DNA of 63,291 nt, the filler included, from Choristocarpus tenellus KU-1152 (lineage: Eukaryota; Protista; Phaeophyceae): NCBI GenBank assembly GCA_964200185.2. It is 12 parts of 12 records of this genome, joined end to end, with 100 filler letters (N's around TTAATTAATTAA, not from the genome) between each part and the next. Parts side by side here need not be neighbours in the genome. Positions count along the whole stretch, not along the records: positions 50,038 to 54,829 come from CAXNAD020013042.1; positions 54,930 to 59,826 come from CAXNAD020012620.1; positions 59,927 to 63,291 come from CAXNAD020020509.1; 9 more parts are not named here. One strand, written 5' to 3'. Position numbers and translations under genes: made by a program. A model generated the notes under the pieces. It worked only from the letters and a program-made list of their open reading frames with translations. It did not search any database and was not told the origin of the DNA. Position 1 is the stretch's first letter. Every line of letters starts with the position of its first letter. Positions 50,258 to 61,449 of the stretch are shown in pieces.

Positions 50258-50971
50258 CTCACTTCCTCAGTGCGACAGAGATACCTAGTACAACACCCAT
50301 ATACACTACTCACTACTGCCCTTCCATTCTGGCACAAACCTACAGCACACGAAACATACACACAATAACACGCATACTACTCTCGTAAAATTGTCACAGT
50401 TCAATAGGCTTCAGTTCGAAAAATCGGAACAACTGAATAAATGAAAAAGAGTTGGGTTATTCGGCTATTCCAAAAAAACATACACACAATACAACCAGAA
50501 AAGAAGTGTGACTAATGAAGGCGACAGAAGTCACAGACACAAGGATTCATCACAAGGTGCCACCACTACCCACAGCTAACTACAGAGCTCACTATTCATG
50601 GCTTCAGATCTACCTCCTGAGACCTGTAGAGGCTTCGGAGTTCATGCCTCACAGTGCACCACACAACACGGCAATCGCCGCCTCATGCCCCTACTACAGC
50701 TCAATTCGACTAAATCGAAAATTTCTCTCTTGGTCTATTTGATTCACAGTCATCACTTCCTTCGGTGCACACCACCAACACATTCACACACACAGAGAAC
50801 GGGAGCTTTAGGGGGTGAGGAAGGGAAGCCTCACTAGGACAAGGGGGTGAAATCCAATACACCATGAAATGTGCGAGATTAATCAATTGTAATCAAAACA
50901 CTCGAGTGAGGGCATCCTGAGGTAAGGGGTCAGTCACCGAGCATGAGCGCTTACAACAAATTGTTAATCTT

Positions 50972-51155
50972 GACTCAAAGTATCCAGGGGGGAGGGGGTG
51001 TGTGACGGCTGTCCATTTGGGGTCAATTTTTTCATGTCGCGATTTTTGGGTGATTTGGTTCCATACGTCGGATGGATAATGAAAGTGGACTCTTCCTGGT
51101 TTTGGACCAAATGGACACCCTGATATAGACCCCCCCCCCCCAGATACTTTGGGTC
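50972..51155 (+). mobile_element. MITE family B, full length 184 bp
   Basis: TIRs GACTCAAAGTATCCAGGGG / CCCCCAGATACTTTGGGTC. Confidence 0.85.
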
Positions 51156-51668
51156 TCTATTGACCCAAGAGTGTTCTTTGTTGCAAGTGGATGATTATGA
51201 CTCAAGATCAATGATGAAAAATAGAAAAAGTGGACAGGACCATCAATGGAAATCGGTTCGTTATTTTCAGTAGCGGCCTGAACAAGACCAGTATTATCAT
51301 TGAACATATTCAATTATGTATATCAAAACAAGAACACAGTATTATTCAATTATGCCTGTCACCACCATTACCAAAAATGCTGTGTATACCATGGGAAGAC
51401 AGTACAAAAGCTAGGGAGATTTTACCACCTCACAAACATCTTTTCCAAGCAATATTATCACATGCCATCCTACCGATCCCTCCCCTCCCCCCACAAAAAA
51501 GAAAAAATCAATTGTGCTATTTATTTCTTTTAACACAGAAGGAATCATACAAAAAAGAAGAAAGTAGTGTCCAACAACAAGATATTTTTTGAAGCGGCAT
51601 GTCACAGCATATTACTACTACAATTACGCTTATCATTATGATTGTGGTTATTATTATTATTATTATTA

Positions 51669-53946
51669 TCACAATAACAAGCGAGGCCTCTTTGGAAACC
51701 CCTCTTCACTCACCGGTCCATGCCTCGAGGGAAATGTTGGCATCATGTGCGGGCTCTTGGGTAGGGGTTTTGCACGAAAGTATGCGTGTTTCGAGGCCTC
51801 CCTGTCCCACAAAACACAAAAAAAGTTTAAACAAAATAATTTTAAAAAAGGAACAACAAAACGCTACATTGTATCCTAAAACAGGAGAAAAAAAATGTAA
51901 CCGAGGTATGGAGTGGAAGCTTGTTCTATGCATGGCACTGACAGGAAGCACCTTGATGCCTTTCCTTTGCAAATCAGGGCAACAAATATATCTAGAGAGG
52001 GCTATGGATACATGGATCTCGGAACAAAAAGAGGGATCTTTTAGCAGGCGAAGTGCGATCTAATTGGCATTTTTAGGGAGTATTTCCATCCAAGTGAACC
52101 AAACAAATACAGTTTTTTTCTAAAAACCTAGGAGTAGTTGTCTTCTGTGTTTATTTATTTCTACACCGTGCAAAAGAGCTACTGTACACGAGTTAGTGAG
52201 GGTTTGGTATAGTGCTCTAAGGCGTAAGAAATACATTCTGCATGCAAGTGGACAAGATACTGAAATATTATCCTAGTAGGTTAGTAGGTACTAAATATTA
52301 AAAAACAGTTGCACCTTCCAAGTACACCCAGAAAAGGGGGGGGGGAGGGGTGCGGAGAGACAGAGATAGAGAAAAAGAGAGAGATGGTAAATAATCAAAG
52401 AGAAAAGAAAAAAAAAATACCCTGTGAATGTACCAATGATAACAAAAAAATTAAAAAATGGGAGGGTGGGGGAACACCACAGTAGTAGTATAGATTTTTC
52501 CTTTCCCTGGATGCACCCCACCTATAGCTCTTCTACCTCTATACAGGCAGGCAGGTGTTTGTGCGCATTTGAACACGAAGACAAACGCCTGTCTGTACAA
52601 ATACACAAACAAACAAAAAAGACCTACCTTGCTGTTAGTCTCTTGCTGGGATCATAGGTCAGCATTCGATTGAGAAGATCGATACCCTGTGTTCCCACAT
52701 GGGGTAGCAATGCAGCCATCGTGTTGTACCTACCACAAAAAAAGAGGAAAAAAAAGAGGCAGTAAAATAAGAAATACAATTCGAGGGACAAAAAAAGTCT
52801 GATATCTGTTCTGATCCATTAAAATCTCAACCAAAAACTGATGTTATCCTCTTCTGGAATTATTGCCATCTACCCTGCACGGAGCAACTACTATGTGTAT
52901 ATATATAAGACGCCTTACCAACGGGGTCACCCCCTGACCTGTCTCAGTCACCCTCACCAAACAAAACACCTTACCAAGGGTCGAGCGCAACCTACGCCCC
53001 AAGCATCTTGATTTTCTCGTATAGTGTCAACTGGGTTAGGGTTAGGGAGATGTAACTAACTACCTGCACCCCCCCCCCCCCAAGGCCAGCTAACTCACTC
53101 TTTCGCTTCCATTTTCGTTTGTGGTCACTTCACGGGTTCTATTCATACCTCATCATCATCGACCCCTATGTTTGCACACACAGCTAGCTGTCTGTGCCTC
53201 AACTCACCCCCCCCCCTCCCCCCCTTCCACCGCAATAGAAAGAGTGTGCTTACAATCATGACCTTGCTCAATCAACACCTATAACAACATACAAAATAAA
53301 AAAAATGCGCACTGTTCATTAAATGTCTTCAAGACCTCTAGATCATTATACATACATACATACATACATACATACATACATACATACATACATACACAAT
53401 ATATTGCTTTCAGAAACTGACAGTGAAATAAACAATAAGAAACGAACCCATCAACCACAAAAAAAAGGTTTTACTGAAGAATTAGATACGACAATTGATG
53501 TTGGTGTGCTGTGTTTTGTACCACATTACGAAGGCGTGTTGAGTATGCATCTAATTCTTCAATCACTTACTATAATCTTTTCACCTACACTGCACACTTG
53601 ATTCTACAAAAAAAAGCTCCATGAAGTGGACATGATCTCTCTCTCTCTCATCACCGCCTTCCTCCCAAATAGAAAAACCTCTTACCAACCGGTGAAAACT
53701 GTCGAAATAAAATTCACACCACAACACACAAAAAGAAGAAAAAAATACATTGAATTGAACAATAACTACTAAATATACCACCCCCTGCCCCTGCCCCCCC
53801 AACACCCCACCCCCTTCCCCCCGTCCAAATTTATCAGGGCATGGCCAGTACCGATGAGAGATGTTTACAACATCCACTTTCCCACTCCGTACATAAGGAA
53901 TCGAGGGCAGGTCTGGCCATATATGCTCATTGGGGCCGCCCAGTAG
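51669..53946 (-). CDS. Cyclin-dependent kinase, CDK10/CDK11 (CDKG) subfamily, C-terminal exons
   Basis: Exons 53946-53852 (LLGGPNEHIWPDLPSIPY...), 52729-52628 (YNTMAALLPHVGTQGIDLLNRMLTYDPSKRLTA) and 51801-51669 (EASKHAYFRAKPLPKSPHMMPTFPSRH...KRPRLLL*). Phases are consistent. The PLPK..MPTFP tail is typical of CDK10/CDKG. A possible alternative donor follows 51714. Confidence 0.87.
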
Positions 53947-54929
53947 CTGTCAGCCCATCACCACAGAGCAGCACAAGGAGAAGTGAGGTTAGTGAGGGGA
54001 GAGCAGTGTACAGCAGTACTATTTTTCTTATATATTTTTTGAAAAATATTATATATATATATCATTTTTAATTAACTATGCACCTGATTAACCGATTTCA
54101 ACATTTAAAAAGTTTTTTAAACGCACAAAAAGGTTAAGTATTACGACAGGAAGATGGGACCCGAACACATCCATTCAAGCATGAAACAACAATACCATGC
54201 ACCAACATCAAGCAGAGCTCAGGTACTATAAGAGTAGTGAGTGGGGTACATATTAAATCAAAATCAATTGACAAAACACTGTAAGGAATGGCTCGAGCAT
54301 ATTTTTATACTCTACTAATTTTTTCAGCTCCTCGTGATAATATTATGAAAAACTTATTAAAAAAGTTCTACTTTCCTTTCTTTTTTTTTAAAGGTACAGC
54401 AACACACAACACACTTCACAGATCACATACGTTGAACAACAACAATAATAATAATAATAATAATAATAAAATAACATAAATTCTTAAGAGAACACAAACA
54501 AAGCAAACCTTCCAATAAGATGGACTGTTCTTAAAATCTCACAGCTCCTTTCACGCCTACAATACTATTACAATAGAGGGTAAAAATAAATTAAATAGCT
54601 TCAATGTTTTCTTTATTTTTTTTTCAGTTTTTCGGCAACGCACTTCAGGACCCTACCGACCACAAAGGTCTCACTACCACTCACTGCCCACTATTCAACT
54701 GCAAATCTCCATCCATGGCAAAACACACACGACCCAACCTGCCTGACCTCTGTGTGTGCTCGGATCCATAAACTCCTTGAAACCAACTAAAAAACTTGCC
54801 AACTTGCACGTCCACACTCGCCCCTTCATNNNNNNNNNNNNNNNNNNNNNNNNNNNNNNNNNNNNNNNNNNNNTTAATTAATTAANNNNNNNNNNNNNNN
54901 NNNNNNNNNNNNNNNNNNNNNNNNNNNNN

Positions 54930-54991
54930 GATTCTGACCCAAATGGACAGCTTGGTGTAGATACCCCCCCCACACACAGTTACTTTGGGTC
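54930..54991 (+). mobile_element. MITE family B terminus at contig start
   Basis: CCCAAATGGACAGCTTGGTGTAGATACCCCCC...TACTTTGGGTC. Confidence 0.65.
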
Positions 54992-55219
54992 CCTAGTCAC
55001 ACGACAACCTCCAACTGCAAGAAGAAGCTGTTTAATAAGGAGGATGGTGTGCAAAATAGGACAATAGTGAGGTGTGCCTTATTTTGTGTATATGAGATTA
55101 TTGTGTTGAATTGAGTCCATGTGATGTAACTAATGAGATAGTGCATCAGGATTATGTATGGGATTATGTGTGGAATTATGTATTGGTATTTATTCCGCAT
55201 TCAACTACTTTGACATAAC

Positions 55220-56480
55220 CGTTGACTTACAAGGAAGCACAAATAAATAATAAACAAACAACGAGAAGTCACCACACAAAAGTCACTTTTCTAATTTCAT
55301 CCATTCTTTTCACGTTCAGCGAAAGGGGTCGTGTGAGGCTTCACACCTTCTTATCTTTACTATCGACAAATAGCATTACCTCCCAAGGTAATTTGCACAG
55401 GTTATGAGCCTTGGTAGTATGAAGACTGACCTGAAGAAACTTGCTGTCTGGACGGGGGCCACAGGAAGGTTATTGGAGACCTGATCAACTTGGAGACTGT
55501 CACTGATCGCCTACGCTGGTGGAAAGGGCTTGTACGAGATTACGACAAGGGACTACGAGATTCCCGAAACACCCACCACCATCTCGGGAGAGGCAGTGCG
55601 TACGGCACATGCCACATACTCGAAGAATAACAAGGTGTTATGGTTCCTCATTCTACAAACAACGAAGGGATCAGCATCGACGATTGTGGCCAAATACGAA
55701 AATGGAGGTCAACCAGACGGCAGAGGAGCTTGGTTGGAACTAGAGCGAGTCTACGATGGACGCGCGGAGGACGAAATCCCTGTCCAAGTCATCACGTTGG
55801 AGGCAAAACTCCGCGAACTACGGTGCGCAGCGTCTCAGGACAGCACCGGTTTTGTCGTTAAACTCGAACGACTATTTTCGGAATTCGAGGAGCTCAAGGA
55901 GCCCAAATCCGAAAACATGGAGAGGGTATCTATACTGCTTGGGATCAAGGAAGCAATGCCACATGTGTTCGCGCAATTGATAACGCGCCCGGACATCAGC
56001 TATGAGGAGATCAAACGAGCAGTCATCTCGTCGACAACTTATCTTCACTTGGGTCAAGATGGTCATGATGGGGTATTAGCAATGCATGGCAACGTGAAGA
56101 ACGGCCATGCTTGGAAGACCAGGGGATCAGCTGGAAGCAGCCTTAGACCAAACCAATGTGAATATTGTTTAAGGATGAACCACCGATGGCAGAATTGCTA
56201 CCAATTTTGAAAGGAAAGCCACCGGCAACACGTCCGCCTGGGATGGCACCCGGAACATTTCCACCACCTCCAACTCGTGAGAGCAGCAACAAAGTCGACG
56301 GAAACCAAGCGCGCTCTTTCTCCAGTTTCAAAGTGACAGCAGACGAGGAGGTTAACAAAAATGCAGTGTTTAACTCCTTCAGTGGAAGACAAGTCGAGAT
56401 ATTGTGTGACTCTGGAGCAAACGTACATCTTACACCTGATCGTGAAGATCTCAGAAGTACTCGGGGCACAAAACGTTGTA
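55220..56480 (+). mobile_element. Ty1/copia LTR retrotransposon 5' fragment (putative LTR, PBS, gag, protease), frameshifted and truncated
   Basis: Putative LTR about 55220-55399 ending in CA; PBS GGTTATGAGCC at 55400-55410; gag from about 55419 (WRLSLIAYAGGKGLY, DGRGAWLELERVY, knuckle CEYCLRMNHRWQNC); protease ILCDSGANVHL in a shifted frame. No integrase or RT. Confidence 0.88.
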
Positions 56481-57458
56481 ATGGAAGTGGTAGTAGGATG
56501 CATTTCTTTCCCCATTCATACAAAAAGGTACAAAGGATAAGGAAATGAATACCACGTGTATGAACGTTTGTAGTGGGCAAAAAGGCACACGTATAGGGAA
56601 TAGTCAGTTAGTGGTACATTTGGCTTTGAAGGTCAGCACCCTTTGTAAGTAGTTGGAATATTCTGCACTGCTCCAACATGAAATATCAATTATGGCGTCC
56701 ATGTGCACTACGGATATTTTGAGGATATGTCTTTATGGCAAACTACCACAATGCCCTAACCCACATCACGAACTTTAAGTGCAAGATGTTGAATAAGGTG
56801 AAAGATGCCTCCCCAGTTGAGGTGTGACACACATACCACTTGTATACACCATGTGGTATATTCAAAGAACTACACTAGGAATAGTAGTTTGGCTTTCAAG
56901 AACACCTTGCTCATGCCCTTCTTCGCCAGAGATACTTCCCTCCCTTCATATCTTCAGTCCAACCCCCAAGATGAGAACGAGGAGTTAGCACTATGAAGTG
57001 ATCCCCAGAAGGAGATGATGGCTGCATTTGGTGCCTTTCTATTGTGGGGTCGTAGAAAAGAAGGCGATTGAATATTAAATCTTAACAACCTCAACCATGC
57101 TTCCTCCATAACCCATTAGGAAGAGGGGCCCAAAATGAATCCTCTGTATACGTAATGAATAACACCGGGGCCATGCTCAACATTCCTCTATTGCATGTTT
57201 CACAGCCTGCCCTCAAGGATGCACACTCACAAATGCATCATACACTACTCTCTCTCTGGTTTCTGCCACTGTACAGCATCTTGCACAAACCACTTCTGAT
57301 GCATCATACCTCCTCCATCGTTGACCTCATTGAATACCCAATGCCATTGAGTATCTAGATACCTCACCGCACACATGAAGAGGTCCATGTTTTGTATAGA
57401 CTCCTCTACCTCTATCGGACAACACTAGTGATAATGCGCACATATATTCAGAGTATAT

Positions 57459-57716
57459 GAGTCAAAGTATCTTAGAGGGTAGAGCCGCGTCCATTTGGGG
57501 GCCAAAATCCAATGTTGCAATTTTATTGTAATTTTGGCTATCATGTTTGTTAGGAGAGTCAATATCCTTGTTCCGCACACACCATTTCGTAATGTAAACA
57601 ATTTACCTACTCCGGAACATCTTGGAGTAGGTAAAATGTCATTAATAACCCATGGGAAGCCAAGCCCCAAATGGACAAACAGGGCAGAAATCATACCCTC
57701 TAACGTACTTTCACCC
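57459..57716 (+). mobile_element. MITE family A, full length 258 bp
   Basis: TIRs GAGTCAAAGTATCTTAGAGGGTA / TACCCTCTAACGTACTTTCACCC, flanked by TAT/TAT. Confidence 0.88.
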
Positions 57717-59736
57717 TATTATAGTTGTTGTCGTGTTGTATTGTTTGCTTTCTACGTTTCTTCTTCCCTCCATGACAATATCAGTCAAATGTCACTTGGG
57801 AGAAGAAACCATTGCTATTTGTTTGGTAAGCCCAGAACTGGTGCTGTTCTAGTATGTGACTTAGTGGGTAGAAAATACTTCTGATATTACAAGGTATTAT
57901 AAATTCTTGTCTTGCCCCACCCTCTCCTGATCATTGATCACTCCATCTACCCCATCACCTCATCAAGTAAGATACCATCATTTGTCCCTTCTACTCCTCC
58001 ATGAGGTGGGCGATAATTAAGAGCCGAACGCTCTCCATGGCAAATACTCAGACGTTGTAGTGGGCTGGAGTGGATTGCCTAAGGTGCCCTCGAAACCATG
58101 GATGCTTCGAGGTCCACCAAAAAATTCATTTTTTAGCCCATCATATCAGGAGGGCCAACAAGCTGGGGTTTGGGATCAGCGAAGGCAAACGAAAAACACT
58201 GACCAACTGCATCTTGCCTCGAGCCTCAATGCAGAGCATGGTTATGGGTCACAATGTAACTGTGAGTCGATTATCATCATCACAACAACCAGAAATACGT
58301 CTGAGTGTACCGGGTGCAGGAATTTGGTGTTCTCTCAGGAGAATGATGCATCCACTCAAAGGAGCAACACCTACCTGCCACGTACATCAATATTCAGCAT
58401 CCAAAATGAGGGAAAGTGGTGATGATGATGTAAGGGTCTGGTCAGGAAAGGTTTTTGACCATTTCGAGTTGATAGAGCAATATCTATTGTTCAAGTCGTC
58501 TGGATTGCAATTTGTTATATTATTGTTATTGGCGTTAATGTTGTAGTGTGGCAGGCGATTAGTGTAGGTGGCATTGCGGTTATAATCAGTACGTGGCAAG
58601 CGCGAACAGTCCTAAGAGGGCAGGTTCAAGTCGCTATGGATACATCGTAAAACCTGGAACCTGAGAATACACTGGCAGGATCCAGGTCACGTATTATATT
58701 CTTGAAGTATATGCCATAGGAATATTCAGGACTTTCAGATTACGTTTGTGAAGCTCTTATCCATAATTGTATGACGAGCTCTCAGTCGCACAATTAACAC
58801 AGAAAGAACTTACGTTTGTCAAAACCAAGGTCTGATCTAATATTGTTCGGTCATCACTCCTCCATCCATTTCAAGGTTGCTGCTCCGTCTATTGTTAAGA
58901 CCAACCTACAGGCTTTAGGGTTGGGGCTACGTATCTCATCTAGGCAATTCGCCGGGGCGCACTGAAATAATAGTCCCACCAGTAATACTGACTAAATTGG
59001 CAAAATATGTTGTTAGAAGAGTCTCTTTTTATGTACTTAGAAGCGTCTATGTGCTGTGCTATCACTTGCATATAGTTCTACAATGTGTACGTTTCCATGG
59101 ACTTTTAATCTCTCCCTCACCCAACTTTTTCAGAACATGAGGCTCATTAGACAGCAAGTCCTGTTTGACTTCCTTCTTTCAACAAAAATAGTAAATGTGG
59201 TGTACGTCGAAAAAAAACTTGGTTGCAGGAGTAGTACTAAGTAAAAAAAAAGTAGAATTGAAGAAGTTAAAAATAGCAGCATCATCGTTACTATCACTAG
59301 TTCATCATCACCACGTCAATCATGATCAGAACAGTCCAGTACAGTACAGAACAGTCGCTCTGCATTGTACACACAGGAATAGTATGCCTCACTTGAGTTG
59401 CATCACATATTGATTCAAGCTTGTTCTGTTGTTCTGTTGTTCTGTTGTTTTCCCTTTTTTTTTCATTATTACTACCTGTACTGTGATACTGTATCCAGGT
59501 ATAAATCGTTGTCGTATCATAATTCCTTACTCCACTACAGCAACAATGCTCGTATGAATGGTGTTGCTATATACTCCCGAGTGTAGGTTATAAATTATAT
59601 AATATTGTGCGCGATGACATGTTGGAGGGATTGCCATGTACGAAAAATAAGAAAATATAAAGGGGAGAAGGGAACAAAACAACATAAGAGCACAATGCAA
59701 CGAATATAATAACGGAGAGGACTACTATATATCAGA

Positions 59737-59826
59737 GACCCAACGTATCTGTGGGGGGGAGGGGTGTCTACACCAGGGTGTCTACACCAGGGTGTCCATT
59801 TGGGTCAAAATCAGGAAAAGTGCAGT
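59737..59826 (-). mobile_element. MITE family B partial at contig end
   Basis: GACCCAACGTATCTG...GTCTACACCAGGGTGTCCATTTGGGTC, with an internal duplication of GTCTACACCAGGGT. Confidence 0.7.
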
Positions 59827-60579
59827 NNNNNNNNNNNNNNNNNNNNNNNNNNNNNNNNNNNNNNNNNNNNTTAATTAATTAANNNNNNNNNNNNNNNNNN
59901 NNNNNNNNNNNNNNNNNNNNNNNNNNCATATCAACAGGAAACAAATGAGTAGCCTATGTTTTAACAGTATACTCTTAATGAATGGAAATGTTACGACATG
60001 AATCAAGAGTGACGATATATGTAATGTCAATCGTGTATTCATTCCGAGTTTGCAGACGCTGTAATACATCTGAAAACCGTTTTATTCTAAGTAGCAGATC
60101 TTACTCTGCAACTTCTAGCAAATCGGGCATCAACACTGTTCCCTGCGTGTGTTTACTGCTTGCACTGGTTAGAATGTGAGAAGAAATACTTGCGCTCTTC
60201 ACCTGTAAAATCACCTTTAAAATGTCCCCCAGCGTGAACTAGGTATACATGTTTCACGCTTACCACAGGCGATTGTCACAGGTGAGGACAATAAATATCA
60301 TCCATCACCTCAGATCATGCTATAGCAGCATGTATTGGTTGCCATTTCATGACAGAGGGACTCCAATTCCAAATTTGCGAGTTGTTTCCAACACAGGGAT
60401 TCCAGTTCCAAATTAACCAACAATGATGGACATATCTCCTAATTTCTTTATCCCCAAAAGTCATAAGACACGATCAGGATCAATAAAAGTCTGACCAAAT
60501 CAGAGTATATATTTTCATAGGAAAATACGTAACTCCAATTAGGACCAAAATAGATCAACAAGTATCCTTGTTTTCCTTG

Positions 60580-61020
60580 GGAGAATCTGTCCCCAGATTC
60601 ATAGAATATCATCAGCGTCAGTTTGCATCTGACCTAATCTGATTATACACTTGTTCCTTCTGAAAACGTACCTTAAGAGTTACAAAGCATACATCTCTAA
60701 CATGACAAATAATAAATTGGTCCCCAGTTCCGATCTCCCTAATCACAAATGTGATTTATTTACATCCATGTTCCCTTTGAAAGTGTCTGTCCATAAGGCT
60801 ACAGGATACAATCTCAGTCAAATTGCATCTGGCTTAATCCGACTATACACTTGTTCTTTCCGAACCAGATCTTCAAGGTTTCAGAGCATATAGCTTTGAT
60901 TAGGCCTAAAATTAATGGATCCTCTATTCCAATCTTCCCAATCACAAACGTGAGAAATGTGTATGCATGGATTTCTGTTCCATACACTGGAAGGTTCTAT
61001 TCTGTGTCTGCATTGGAAGT
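60580..61020. repeat. Diverged tandem duplication, period about 200 bp
   Basis: TTGCATCTG..TAATC.GA.TATACACTTGTTC at 60623 and 60823; CC.AATCACAAA.GTGA at about 60738 and 60937. Confidence 0.65.
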
Positions 61021-61449
61021 GCTATCAAGGAATTAGACTCACAACCCCTATAATATTCATGACCTAGTGGGTATCTATTGATTGCCTGTTTTCTATGCCC
61101 CCCAACCACAAAGCGTGCTCAAAGATGCTGGTGCGCAATACAGGCAAAGACACAAAAAAAAAAATCAAAGAAAGAAATTAACGGTGTGTAATGCGAGCAA
61201 CAAAATGGGAGAGAAAATAAATTAACTAAATAAAAAGAAAAGAAAATCGTAAGATCAGAACCAAGAAAAAAAATTAAAAGAACAAAAGGGTGGTATACTC
61301 TTAAAAACAAAATATAAAAAATCACAGAAATCAATACCAAGATAGAAAAAGGGGGGGGGGAAAAGTTAATGTATTGATTTTTTTTCCCAATAGACAATAG
61401 CCTATGCAACCCATATATTACTGTATGTTTTGATGTGGGCGGCTTCTTG

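Noticed and set aside
52970-53285. Several 17-25-nt AG/GT-bounded segments in the CDK intron
   Set aside because: The flanking exons already join in frame with the expected kinase spacing; individually these segments would shift the frame.
56500-58550. Possible continuation of copia pol or another element
   Set aside because: No integrase (HHCC, DDE) or RT (YVDD) motifs are visible.
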